A stretch of 64,000 nucleotides of DNA. Origin: an uncultured Phycisphaerales bacterium. Its GTDB lineage: Bacteria > Planctomycetota > Phycisphaerae > Sedimentisphaerales > Anaerobacaceae. Position 1 is the first letter of the stretch; each line of letters begins with the position of its first letter. The notes under the pieces were generated by a model. That model saw only the letters and a list, made by a program, of their open reading frames with translations, searched no databases and was not told where the DNA came from. The stretch is taken from contig CAVYYI010000002.1 of the NCBI GenBank assembly GCA_963772725.1, forward strand, positions 416,001 to 480,000, written 5' to 3'. Position numbers and translations under genes: made by a program. This document shows, piece by piece, positions 9,294 to 19,423 of this stretch.

Positions 9294-10202
9294 GAGCCTA
9301 TCCGAATAACCCCTAAATAGCCGATATAAACAAAGGCAAAGGTGCCTTTGAAAGGATTCAGAAACGGAAAAGCAGAAAACAAAAAGTAGATACAGGATTT
9401 CAGACGAATTATGGGAAAAGATCGAGCCATTGATACCGAAACATACGAATACCCATCGTTTTGGCGGTGGCAGACCAAGAGTGCCGGATCGCAAGGCAAT
9501 GGACGGGATTCTTTTTGTGTTACGAACCGGCTGTCAATGGAACGCCTTGAATGAAACCGGCATCTGCTCAAGCAGCACAGCCCATTCACGATTTCAGGAA
9601 TGGACAAAAGCCGGAGTTTTTCTGAAACTATGGAAGATAGCTCTGGAAGATTATGATGAACTGAAAGGTATTGACTGGTCGTGGCAATCGATGGATGGCG
9701 CCATGACAAAGGCCCCGCTTGGCGGGGGAAAAAACCGGCCCAAACCCTACGGACAGGGCTAAAAAAGGTGTTAAACGCAGTTTGCTTACCGAAGGCTCTG
9801 GTGTGCCGGTTGGTCTTGCGATTGATGGCGCTAATCGGCATGATTGCAAAATGACAAAGGCTACTATAAAAAGTATTCCGGTCAAACGGCCAAAGCCGAC
9901 TAAAAGGAAAAAGCAAGGTATGTGTCTTGATAAGGGTTATGATTCTGGTGAGGTACGAGACTTGGTGAAAGAATTTGGCTATACCGCTCATATTCGTTCG
10001 CGCGGCGAAGAAGCACAGGCGATTAAACATAAGACCGGATTCAAGGCTCGCCGCTGGGTTGTAGAGCGGACTCATAGCTGGATGAACCGCTTTCGCCGCA
10101 TATTGACGCGTTGGGAAAAGAAACCTGAAAATTATTTGGCTCTGCTTCATTTTGTCTGTGCCGTAATTACGTTTCGTTGTGCAGGGTTATTCGGATAGGC
10201 TC
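9294..10202 (+). mobile_element. IS5-family element (IS427/IS1031-like), 909 bp
   Basis: Perfect 19-bp terminal IRs GAGCCTATCCGAATAACCC, TAA target duplication (9291-9293 and 10203-10205), two-ORF transposase. Confidence 0.95.
9364..10198 (+). CDS. IS5-family transposase OrfAB with -1 frameshift
   Basis: SDELWEKIEPLIP...RTGCQW (OrfA), slippery GGGGGAAAAAA at about 9724-9734, DKGYD and RWVVER (OrfB). Confidence 0.9.
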
Positions 10203-11166
10203 TAAGTCTTGTTGGGAATTTTTTCTTCTACTGGTGGTTATTGACGAAATCCTGCCTTTTGAGGAGATTGCCGATACTAAGGAACTCATCAAACAACATA
10301 TTTCCGCAAGGTGTGGTCTCTGTTATTATAGCTGTTCGTAATGAAGCCCCAAATATAGTTAAATGTGTTCAGCAATTTACAAATTTACAGGCTGTCCGTC
10401 AAATAATAGTAGTTGACGATCATTCATCTGATAATACTATGAATATTTTAACCAGTCTGGCTGGCCTGAATCCCAAACTTACTGTTTTATCCTCTCCTTT
10501 ATTGCCGGATGGATGGACGGGGAAAAGCCATGCTCTGTACTGCGGCTCACATAGTGTTAATACACCATATATTCTCTTTACTGACGCCGATGTGGCTATA
10601 GATGAGGCTACAATGAACGCCGCGGTAAGACAAATGGAATTTAGCGGTTTGGACCATCTTAGCGGCCATTTCAAAATCGAGTGTGTTTCTTTTGGCGAAA
10701 AACTTTGTGCGCCGGTAATGGCTGTAAGTTCGTCAATCTCCTTGTTTCATGCCTCGGCCGGGCAGGGTGCCGGCACCGGAGCTTTTAATCTTGTTAAGAC
10801 GGATTTTTATCAGCGGATTGGGGGTCATTTGCCAATAAAGAGCGCTATTGTTGATGATGTCTCTTTGGCGAAACTCGTCAGGCAAAAAGGTGGACGTAGC
10901 ATGTTTTTTGACCTTTCTGACGGTATTTTGGTAAGGCTATTCTCCGGAATCAGTGGTTTTTGGGCAGCTGTAACACGATCTTCTCAGGCGTATTTAGGCT
11001 CTGACCTGGCAATCGGTATTTTAGGGGGTATCGGTGTATTTCTGGCGGCTATTTTTACAGTGGTGATCAGCGACAATTATTCTTACCTTCCGGCGACAGT
11101 TAAAAGTTCCGGATGAATTAAAGTTGGAATATGCTATCTGAAACTCATTAAGTCAGGAGATTTCAG

Positions 11167-12654
11167 ATGGTTAAAGACAAACAGGTAAGGAGATTGTTCG
11201 CTATGAAAAACAAATGCAAGACCTTATATCAGCTTGCAGACAAGGCTGGTATAAGCACTAAAACCGCCCGCAAGTATTTAAAAACGGGCGTGCTGCCCAG
11301 CCAATGCCAAGCTATCCACGACTGGCCCACCCATCCGGATGCCTTTGCAGGGGATTGGCCATGGGTTGAAGAATTCCTCAAAAACAACTCCGGTCTTGAA
11401 TCTAAATCGCTTTTTGAGGCTCTGCAGCGTGAATATCCCGGTAAATACCAGGACAGCGAATTAAGAACCTTCCAGAGACGAGTAAAACAATGGAAAGCCT
11501 TGTCCGGTCCGGCTCAGGAAGTGTTTTTTCCACAAATCTATAAACCCGGCCAATGGTGCGAATCAGACTTTACCAGGATGAATAAGCTGGGTATCACCAT
11601 TTGCGGCATACCTTTTATTCACATGCTGTACCATTTTGTATTGTGTTTGTCGAACTGGGAAACCGTCACGGTATGTTTTTCAGAAAGCTATGAAAGTTTA
11701 AGTGCCGGTATTCAAAATGCCCTCTGGAAGTTAGGCGGCATACCACGCTATCATAGGACTGATAATTTAACCTGTGCGGTTAACAAGGTAGGCAATCCTG
11801 AGGAATTCACGGCTAACTATCAGGGTCTTGCGAATCATTATGGTTTCCAAAGCTGTAAAATCCAGCCTCACTGTCCGAATGAAAACGGCGATATAGAGCA
11901 GCGTCATCACAGGTTAAAGAGAGCTGTTGAACAGGCGTTAATCCTTAGAGGAAGCAGAGATTTTAACAGCAGGAAAGATTATGAAATGTTTCTTGAAAAG
12001 CTGCTCAACCAACTCAATACCGGCCGCACAAAACTCTTGGCCGAAGAGTTAAAGGTTCTGCGGCAATTGCCAACCCGCAGGCATGAAGATTTCACCAGGG
12101 ATAAATGCAGGGTAAGTCGTGGCTGCACGGTCCGAGTTCTTAAGAACAGCTATTCTGTTCACAGCAGGCTTAGGGGAGAAAATGTTGACGTTCGAATATA
12201 TGCCGAACATATCGAAGTCTGGTATGCTCAAAGAAGAATTGAAGTATTGCCCAGATTACACGGTGAAAACGGTCATTACATCAATTACCGCCACGTTATA
12301 GATACCCTTGTTCGCAAACCCGGGGCGTTTGAGAACTATTGCTATAAAGATGATATGTTTCCCACAAGTCAGTTCAGGATCGCATATGATCTCCTGCGTG
12401 ATCAACATGGGATGAAGCAGGGTAATAAGCAGTATCTGAAAATTCTTGAATTAGCTGCCAACGAAAGCCAGACATCTGTCAATGAAGCTTTGCGGTTCCT
12501 GATCAACCATGCAGATGCGATTGATTTTGATATGGTAGAACAAATAGTCAAATCCGAACAACAGCCGCCGGATGTCACTGACGTTTGTGTTGGCGATATT
12601 GATCTGAACAGTTATGACTGTCTACTTGAATCGGCGGAGGCACTACTGGTATGA
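11167..12654 (+). CDS. istA: IS21 transposase IstA
   Basis: N-terminal HTH, DDE residues (ESDFT, RTDN, ENGDIE), YSV motif. Confidence 0.95.
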   Translation: MVKDKQVRRLFAMKNKCKTLYQLADKAGISTKTARKYLKTGVLPSQCQAIHDWPTHPDAFAGDWPWVEEFLKNNSGLESKSLFEALQREYPGKYQDSELRTFQRRVKQWKALSGPAQEVFFPQIYKPGQWCESDFTRMNKLGITICGIPFIHMLYHFVLCLSNWETVTVCFSESYESLSAGIQNALWKLGGIPRYHRTDNLTCAVNKVGNPEEFTANYQGLANHYGFQSCKIQPHCPNENGDIEQRHHRLKRAVEQALILRGSRDFNSRKDYEMFLEKLLNQLNTGRTKLLAEELKVLRQLPTRRHEDFTRDKCRVSRGCTVRVLKNSYSVHSRLRGENVDVRIYAEHIEVWYAQRRIEVLPRLHGENGHYINYRHVIDTLVRKPGAFENYCYKDDMFPTSQFRIAYDLLRDQHGMKQGNKQYLKILELAANESQTSVNEALRFLINHADAIDFDMVEQIVKSEQQPPDVTDVCVGDIDLNSYDCLLESAEALLV

Positions 12655-13415
12655 GTAAAAATGATCTGGATAATCAGCTTGTAAACCTTCTCAAAGAACT
12701 TCACCTGCCGATGTTCCGTGAATATTACGCCGAGTTCGCTCAGAAGGCTATCGCCGAAGATATGGGTTATTCACAATATCTATTGGAATTGGCTCAGCGT
12801 GAGTGTGATGTTCGCAGAGCCAATAAAATCGCAAGGCTGGTAAAAGCCTCAAAGCTTCCTATGGAAAAGACCATGGCAAACTTTGATTTTAAACGTATGC
12901 CGTTGAAGATACGTCAGCAGGTCAAAATTCTTTTGGAAGGTTCATTTGTTGACAGAACAGAGAATATTCTTGCATTTGGCAAACCCGGCAGCGGTAAGAC
13001 ACATTTACTGTGTGGTATCTGTCATGAACTTGCCCGGCAGGGAAAAAAGGTTTACTTTACTACGTGTGATATGATGTTGCAGGAGTTATTACGAGCCAAG
13101 CAGGAGTTGAAGCTGGACAAATGGCTCAAGAAGCTGTCACAGTACGAGGCATTGATGATAGATGACTTCGGCTATGTCAAACAGAACCGCGAGGAGATGG
13201 AGGTGCTGTTTACCTTATTAGCTCATTGTTATGAACGTGGCAGCGTGTTGATTACCAGCAATCTGCCGTTCAGTAAATGGGAAGTCATCTTTAAGGATCC
13301 GATGACCACTGCAGCAGCGATCGACCGGCTGGTACATCATAGTGTGATCCTTGAATTGAATGTACCGAGCTACCGAGCTGAGGAAGCTCAGAGACGGAAA
13401 AATAAGGACACGTAA
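12651..13415 (+). CDS. istB: IS21 helper ATPase IstB
   Basis: GKPGSGKT, LMIDDFG, ITSNLPF, AAAIDRLVHH. Confidence 0.96.
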   Translation: MSKNDLDNQLVNLLKELHLPMFREYYAEFAQKAIAEDMGYSQYLLELAQRECDVRRANKIARLVKASKLPMEKTMANFDFKRMPLKIRQQVKILLEGSFVDRTENILAFGKPGSGKTHLLCGICHELARQGKKVYFTTCDMMLQELLRAKQELKLDKWLKKLSQYEALMIDDFGYVKQNREEMEVLFTLLAHCYERGSVLITSNLPFSKWEVIFKDPMTTAAAIDRLVHHSVILELNVPSYRAEEAQRRKNKDT

Positions 13416-13534
13416 TGTCCGAAATTTTGCCCCCCATGGGGGGCACCTCCTAAAGGCTATAAGCTAAGGTAAGTGTTATGAAGTAACGGTAAAAATAACT
13501 GTCGTTGAAGGGAAATTATAATTGACGCCGGACA

Positions 13535-14411
13535 GATCGGGCTGCGGTGACGTGAATGTTCGATCTGACAGACATTTTTGAGTGTGTCATTGACCGTTTC
13601 AATCAATGAACGCTTTCGCAGCAGGATTTTATCCTCCAACTCCATCAAACGGCATTTCATATTTCCGCGCATATTGGTTACCAGCTTAATTCCCTTGGCC
13701 AACAGTTTTTCAAACAGGCTCTGGCTGATGTAACCCTTGTCGCCAAATAGCTTTCCGAACAGGCCGTCGGCCATTGTCTCCACCGTGCTGCGATCATCGA
13801 CATTACCTGCTGTCAGGCGGCAGCCCAATAAACCGCCGCGGTCATTAATGATCAGATGCAATTTAAAGCCAAAAAACCAGCCCATCGTTGTTTTACCTAT
13901 TTGAGCAAGCCCGTCGAAAACACGGTTGCGGCTGATGCGTTTATTATGACAGACTTTAAGTGCGGTGCTGTCAATAAAAGAAATACCCGTGGGCTCATCC
14001 ATGCCATCGGTTTGCAAATATACAAGCAGCGGGATTATTGCCCTTGGTATCAGATAAACAAAGCGGTCGTAGCTGACCATATCGGGAAAATCATGGCGGT
14101 GATGGGCAAGAAGGTAGTGATAGAAATCCTTGAAAGTGCGATAGCCGCTGGTTTGGAAGGCAATAAGAATAGTCATGATCTCGCTGGTACTTAAGTTGCC
14201 TTGCCTGTTGCGTTTACGTGTTCCATCTTCTATGAGGTGCTTTACATACATTTTTTCAAAAGCTTTCCAACAATCATCGACATTCACAAATAATGTGGTA
14301 AAATCCGCTGTCATACGGCCTCCTTGCCTGCTTGGTTAATAATATTTACAAAACTATTATTTCCATCGGCAGGTTGGCCGTTTTTCTTGTATCCTTATCC
14401 AAAGTTCAGGT
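13535..14411 (-). mobile_element. IS982-family element, 3' end lost at the IS21 junction (transposase 14314 to 13535)
   Basis: IDSTAL, GWFFGFKLH, GDKGY, RSLIETVN, EHSRHRS. Left-IR-like ACCTGAACTTTGGATAAG starts at 14411. Confidence 0.9.
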
Positions 14412-15065
14412 TTTAAATACTTTACTTTCATAAAATTTAAATATTCTCGAAACTTTACCATCTGATAAACTCAAGGCAATAAGATTTCCATTTATGTCAA
14501 TAGTCAGTATCTCATTGTTTTAAGACCACCATATCAATGGACTTTCCAAATATTTATATTCAATTTGCCTAACCTTCTTTCCCGTAACTCGGTCAAATAA
14601 ATAACAATATCTATCTGTTGCAATACATACTAACTTATCTATAAAAAGAAATTCGCTGCTGCTATATGTGTCCAGTTTTTTCTCCCACAGCAAAGAACCG
14701 TTCTGAGGATTTATGCAACATATTTTGCCTTCATTGGTTATTATATTCCAGAGGTCGCCATAAAATAAGTCTTCATGTATAGCAATCCCGCGAGGATCCA
14801 TATCTACTTTTAAAGTCCATTTTTCCTCGAACTTATTGTCGCTATAACATCTAAATGAATTGTTTTGAATCCCCAGCGTTGTATTGCGATAATGTGAGCA
14901 AATAAGCATATTAGAAAACTCAACTGATTCAAGTATCTTCAACGGGAAGTTGTAATAAGCATCTATATGTAATTTATCGCACATGTTCTCTTCTTATTCG
15001 GTATCTTCAAGATACCATCCAATTTTTCTTTAATATCGCTATACAATAAATATTTCAAAAGCTTT
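14412..15065 (-). pseudogene. Fragment of PQQ-like beta-propeller protein
   Basis: GKICCINPQNGSLLWE and LFDRVTGK propeller-blade motifs; broken frames, bounded by IS982 and a REP-like palindrome. Confidence 0.5.
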
Positions 15066-15067
15066 TT

Positions 15068-15095
15068 CACCCCCAGGCGAACCTGCGGGCTAATC
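15068..15095 (-). repeat. REP-like palindrome downstream of RAYT
   Basis: Minus strand GATTAGCCCGCAGGTTCGCCTGGGGGTG, similar to the copy at 15648-15675. Confidence 0.75.
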
Positions 15096-15545
15096 TGTTT
15101 TATTGTGGCGGCGAACATATTCAATCTTTTGTTTGAGTTGTTCTTCATTGAAGCAGAACCGCTTATCAAAGCCGCGCGTCCATATCTGTTTTGTTAAACC
15201 AGTTTTTTTCAGGGCGCTGGTCGTCACATTTTTATATCGAGACACCGTATTCTCTATCGATTCAATGCCCGAACCAGTTACAAGATGAACATGGTTTGAG
15301 TAAACTGTTAATGCCAGTATATGCTGCCCAATTCGCTGAGACTCCTTAAGTATAACATCTTCGACAACTTTTTTCTGTTCCGCAGTCAATCGAACTGCCT
15401 CAGATTTTTGCTGTTTCCTGTTTGCCTCTTCGAGATTTGCATCCGCCTGTAATTTCTTGCCATCTCGTACATATCCTCTCATATCGCCTTGAAGCCATGT
15501 CCCGTAAGTCGTCCATGTTATCATATACCCAATCATTTTTTCCAT
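15090..15545 (-). CDS. REP-associated tyrosine transposase (RAYT, Y1 HUH, IS200-like)
   Basis: YMITWTTYGTWLQGD, NHVHLV (HUH), WTRG and IEYV (catalytic Tyr). Confidence 0.85.
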   Translation of the reverse strand: MEKMIGYMITWTTYGTWLQGDMRGYVRDGKKLQADANLEEANRKQQKSEAVRLTAEQKKVVEDVILKESQRIGQHILALTVYSNHVHLVTGSGIESIENTVSRYKNVTTSALKKTGLTKQIWTRGFDKRFCFNEEQLKQKIEYVRRHNKTD

Positions 15546-15579
15546 AAGATAATGGTATCTTAGAAATTGCGAAACACAA

Positions 15580-15675
15580 GTTTAGCCCCGAAGCCTGCTT
15601 CGGGGTTGTTTAGCCCTCAAGCCAGCTTGAGGGTTTATCTCATTATTCACCCGCAGGCGGGCCTGCGGGCTAAAC
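15580..15675. repeat. Cluster of three REP-like palindromes
   Basis: GTTTAGCCCCGAAGCCTGCTTCGGGGTT, GTTTAGCCCTCAAGCCAGCTTGAGGGTT, and inverted GTTTAGCCCGCAGGCCCGCCTGCGGGTG. Confidence 0.8.
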
Positions 15676-15690
15676 AATCAAATGTAACGG

Positions 15691-16974
15691 TCATTTTTCC
15701 AGTGCGATTAAATCTTCATAAGTTTCACGTTTTCGGATGATGGAAAACTTGTCACCGTCAACGAGGCACTTCCGCGGCGCGGCCGCGGGCGTTATAGTTG
15801 CTGCTCATACTAAAACCATACGCCCCTGCGGTAAAGACGCAAAGCAAATCGCCGCGACCTACGGGAGGTAATGCCCTGTCTTTGGCAAGAAAATCAGCTC
15901 CTTCGCATATCGGCCCAACCACATCAATAACCTCAGTCCCCGGCAACTGCAAATCTTTAGCACGATGACTCGGAATGAATTTTTCAGGAACATCGGCAGG
16001 CCAGATAAAATGGAATGCCCCATATAACGGCGGACGAATCAAATCATTCATACCGGCATCGACGATGACAAACTTCTTTTCGCCGCCTTTTTTAAGATAA
16101 AGCGCCTTCGTCAGCAGAATCGCGGCATTAGCAGCGATACTTGCCCCGGGTTCAAGAATAAGTTTAAGATTTTTCCCTTTTAATAAAGGCACTATCACGG
16201 CGGCATAATCAGCGGCACTTGGCGATGTGCCCGTTACATAATCCGCCCCGTATCCGCCGCCTATATCAAGGGCTTCGATTGTAAAGCCGCTGCGGCGTAG
16301 TTTTTCAATCAGGGCAAGGATTTTTTGAATCGCCTCAACATACGGCTCAACCGTATGGCCTGCTGAACCGAGATGGATATGGATTGCGCACAGATGGACA
16401 TCACTGTTTCTTCCGTAATCAGCAAAAACCTTTTGCGCCCGTTCGATATCAACTCCGAACTTCGTCTCCTTCTTGCCGGTCGTCGTGTATGCGTGCGTCT
16501 GCGGGTCAACATCCGGATTAACGCGCAAAGCGGCTTTCGGCAGTTTTTTAAGACCAGGGCTTTTCGCAAGGCCAATGAGATTTTCGAGTTCCGCCTCCGA
16601 CTCGATATTGAAATAGCCTATATTGGCATTCAGTGCTTCGCTGATTTCCTTATCGGTTTTGCCTACACCCGCATAAACAACCTTAGATGGATTTACCCCC
16701 GCCTGCAAAGCCCGATACAACTCACCCCCGCTGACTATATCGAAACCGCTGCCGCCTGCGCCATGAATTTTAGAATATTTATATTTCCGCAGGCCTTGAC
16801 GGAATAGCAAACCATCGTATCAAGTGCCTCGTAGGCCTTGTGTACCTTCCCGAGATGCTCTAAAAAAGTGGCTTTGCTGTAAATATACACCGGCGTGCCG
16901 ACTTCGGCTGCGATTTTTTCCACCGCCACATCTTCCGCGAATAACTTACCCTGTCTATAATTGAAATAATCCAT
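15691..16974 (-). CDS. lysA: Diaminopimelate decarboxylase (frameshifts near 16760 and 15760)
   Basis: GTPVYIYS, CYSVKA (PLP Lys), DIVSGGE, HIHLGS, DIGGG, LEPG, VGPICE, GAYGFSMSSNYN. Confidence 0.95.
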
Positions 16975-17092
16975 ATCTTTACTCTCACTATTGACTCAGC
17001 CTGTATCTGACGTATAACAGCCGGATAGTATAAGAGTTTTTTTTTATAATTTCAAGAAATAGCCAATCCTTTTTCTAATTTCATTTCCCCAT

Positions 17093-17135
17093 AAAAAACG
17101 GAAGGCTTCATTATAATAATGAAGCCTTCCATTTT
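17093..17135 (-). terminator. Intrinsic terminator of the Lys-rich miniprotein gene
   Basis: GGAAGGCTTCATT-ATAAT-AATGAAGCCTTCC stem with a T-tract on the minus strand. Confidence 0.8.
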
Positions 17136-17151
17136 CGCTAACATGTTGTGC

Positions 17152-17235
17152 CTATCTCTTTTTCTTCTTTGCGACTTTCTTTTTCGCTACTTTTTTCTTC
17201 GCGACTTTCTTCTTTGCTGCTTTCTTCTTTGCCAT
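17152..17235 (-). CDS. 27-aa lysine-rich histone-H1/protamine-like miniprotein
   Basis: MAKKKAAKKKVAKKKVAKKKVAKKKKR*, with AAAGGAG RBS, its own terminator and synonymous codon variation between repeats. Confidence 0.8.
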   Translation of the reverse strand: MAKKKAAKKKVAKKKVAKKKVAKKKKR

Positions 17236-17736
17236 CTATTGTCTCCTTTCGACTAATAAATTTTTCTTTCCATTTACTTCGTTAATAGACGTCAACAACT
17301 ATTCATTTGTTTTATCGTCCAAAAGTTTGCAAATTCTTCAAAAAAAATTTGCAATCGGCGTTTTTATGACACCTGAAATCACGATTGCATACTTTTGTAA
17401 CAATATCAAACCGCTTGATTTGATGAGACTAATAATTACTAAAACTTAATCACACAAGTTAGGAAAATAATTACTGGTCTTTCAGGTATATTTTAAATAG
17501 ATGTGTTATATTTGTGTTATACGCCTTATACGCCAAGTTTAATTAATGCCGGAAAATCGATTCTGTGTAATGAGATGACTATTAAACTGATGATGCCTTA
17601 TTTTTACACGCGAGCCAAGGCGGGAATTTTTATGAACAAATATTATTTAAAAAATATTTTTTTGTTTGCTAAAATTTTTTAAATTATTTTGCATAATTTA
17701 TATTATTAGCGTTTAATTTATTCACGGAATATTTTT

Positions 17737-18366
17737 ATGGATAAGAAAATAATAGCTCTGTTCGGCGGAACATTTGACCCGATTCATCTCGGTCACACCG
17801 CTATCGCTTCCACCGCCGCTGAGTACATCGGCGCAGATAAAGTTATTTTTATTCCCGCGAAACGCTCGCCGCTGAAAACTTTATTCCCACAGGCCGGCGA
17901 CAACGACCGCAGAGAAATGATAGCTTTCGCAATCGCTGATAATAAAAAATTTGAATTGAGCGATTACGAATTGAATAAGCCGACACCGAGCTATACTTTG
18001 GAAACAGTAAGATATTTCCAGACAGAGTACGGCGGCGGCACTTCGCTTTACTGGCTTATCGGCGCTGATTGTGTAAACGAACTGCCATATTGGCATAGAA
18101 TCGATGAACTGATAGACGAATGTAAACTATCTGTAGTGTACAGGGCGGGCTGCGAAACACCTGACTTCTCAAATTTCGCCGACATCCTGGGCAAAAGCCG
18201 CACAGAAAAACTTCAGCAAAACATCATTCCCACGCCTTTGATTGATATAAGCAGTTCGGAGATAAGAAAACGACTATCATCAGGACTCGATACGGAAAAC
18301 ATGCTCCATCCCGCGGTCACCGAATATATCCGAAAGCACAATTTGTATCGCTCCAAAATCAAATAA
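17737..18366 (+). CDS. nadD: Nicotinate-nucleotide adenylyltransferase
   Basis: GGTFDPIHLGH, SYT, IGAD, ISSSEIR. Confidence 0.96.
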   Translation: MDKKIIALFGGTFDPIHLGHTAIASTAAEYIGADKVIFIPAKRSPLKTLFPQAGDNDRREMIAFAIADNKKFELSDYELNKPTPSYTLETVRYFQTEYGGGTSLYWLIGADCVNELPYWHRIDELIDECKLSVVYRAGCETPDFSNFADILGKSRTEKLQQNIIPTPLIDISSSEIRKRLSSGLDTENMLHPAVTEYIRKHNLYRSKIK

Positions 18367-18398
18367 GCAAGGCGGCTTTTCGAGATGCGAGTGACGAA

Positions 18399-19394
18399 TT
18401 ATTCGGCCTTTAATTCCCGCTGCATCAGTTCAGCAATAGCAATCCGCACAGGCTTATTCTCAAACAGTACATGGTAAACCGCCTCAGTGATAGGCATTTC
18501 AACGCCATAACGTCTCGCCAGTGCACAGACCGATTCGCAGGTAGCCGCTCCTTCAATAACCGATTGGGTTACCGCTTGAGCATCTTTTACGCTTTGACCC
18601 TTTCCTATTCTTTCACCGAACGAACGGTTTCTCCCTTTTGGCGATACGCAGGTTGTAACAAGGTCGCCCAGTCCCGTTAATCCCGCGAATGTCTCAGGCT
18701 TTGCCCCCATCGCGACGCCAAGCCTGGTTATCTCCGCAAGCCCCCTGGTTAAAAGACCGGCCTTGGCGTTATCGCCGGCGCCGATACCATCGAGAATTCC
18801 CGCCGCTATCGCGATGACATTTTTCATCGCGCCGGCCAATTCGACACCGACAACATCGGTATTGGTATAAATCCGCAGCCACGGCATGTTGAAAGTTTGC
18901 TGAATTTTTTTGGATAGTTTCATATTGCCGGAAGCGATACAGGCTACAGCCGGAAGTTTTCTCACCAGCTCATCCGCGATGGTCGGCCCGGAAAGAACAA
19001 TGTATTGCGTTTCATCGCCGAGAATATCGGCTAAAATCTGTGTAGGCGTCAGCAGCGTATCATTCTCTATGCCTTTGGCGACAGAAACAATCGGAACATT
19101 CTTAGGCACATAACTTTTCAGCCTGCCCCAGATGCCTCGCATATATTGGCACGGCACCGCTGAAACAATTAAATCCGCCCCCTTCATTATGTTCTTATCA
19201 TTCGTCTCAAAAACAAGCGACGCGGGCAATTTATAACCCGGCAAAAACTTTTTATTCTCACGCACCTGCTCAATCTCTTTCAACTGGGCGGCATCATAAC
19301 CCCACATCCGCGTTTTTATTTTTTTCTCGCACAGCAAAATCGCCAAAACGCTGCTCATCGCTCCATCACCGATTAAAGATATATTTCTAAACAT
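18399..19394 (-). CDS. gpsA: NAD(P)H-dependent glycerol-3-phosphate dehydrogenase
   Basis: IGDGAM, AKGIE, LSGP, AMKNVIA, GLGDLVTTC, RNR. Confidence 0.96.
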   Translation of the reverse strand: MFRNISLIGDGAMSSVLAILLCEKKIKTRMWGYDAAQLKEIEQVRENKKFLPGYKLPASLVFETNDKNIMKGADLIVSAVPCQYMRGIWGRLKSYVPKNVPIVSVAKGIENDTLLTPTQILADILGDETQYIVLSGPTIADELVRKLPAVACIASGNMKLSKKIQQTFNMPWLRIYTNTDVVGVELAGAMKNVIAIAAGILDGIGAGDNAKAGLLTRGLAEITRLGVAMGAKPETFAGLTGLGDLVTTCVSPKGRNRSFGERIGKGQSVKDAQAVTQSVIEGAATCESVCALARRYGVEMPITEAVYHVLFENKPVRIAIAELMQRELKAE

Positions 19395-19423
19395 GTTTTC
19401 CTTCCCTGAATGACTGTCCTTCT

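Larger units (their letters stand above)
9269..11063 (+). pseudogene. GT2 glycosyltransferase (HpnB/CrtQ-like), interrupted by IS5 and truncated by IS21
   Basis: Removing the IS and one TAA restores MVETVLRLSLVGNFFFYWWLLTKS... in frame. Motifs VSVIIAVRNE, VDDHSSD, LPDGWTGK, FTDAD and VDDV are present. Confidence 0.85.
11064..13534 (+). mobile_element. IS21-family element
   Basis: TG...CA ends with imperfect ~45-bp IRs (TGATCAGCGACAATTAT... vs TGTCCGGCGTCAATTAT...), enclosing istA and istB. Confidence 0.92.

Noticed and set aside
9290..10150. 286-aa antisense ORF
   Set aside because: Shadow of the IS5 transposase with no independent motifs.
15580..15675. Possible CRISPR array
   Set aside because: Units are non-identical, adjacent or inverted, lack spacers and have no cas genes; they fit REPs.
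17155..17232. Simple microsatellite
   Set aside because: Third-position variation, RBS, start/stop codons and terminator indicate a coding sequence.
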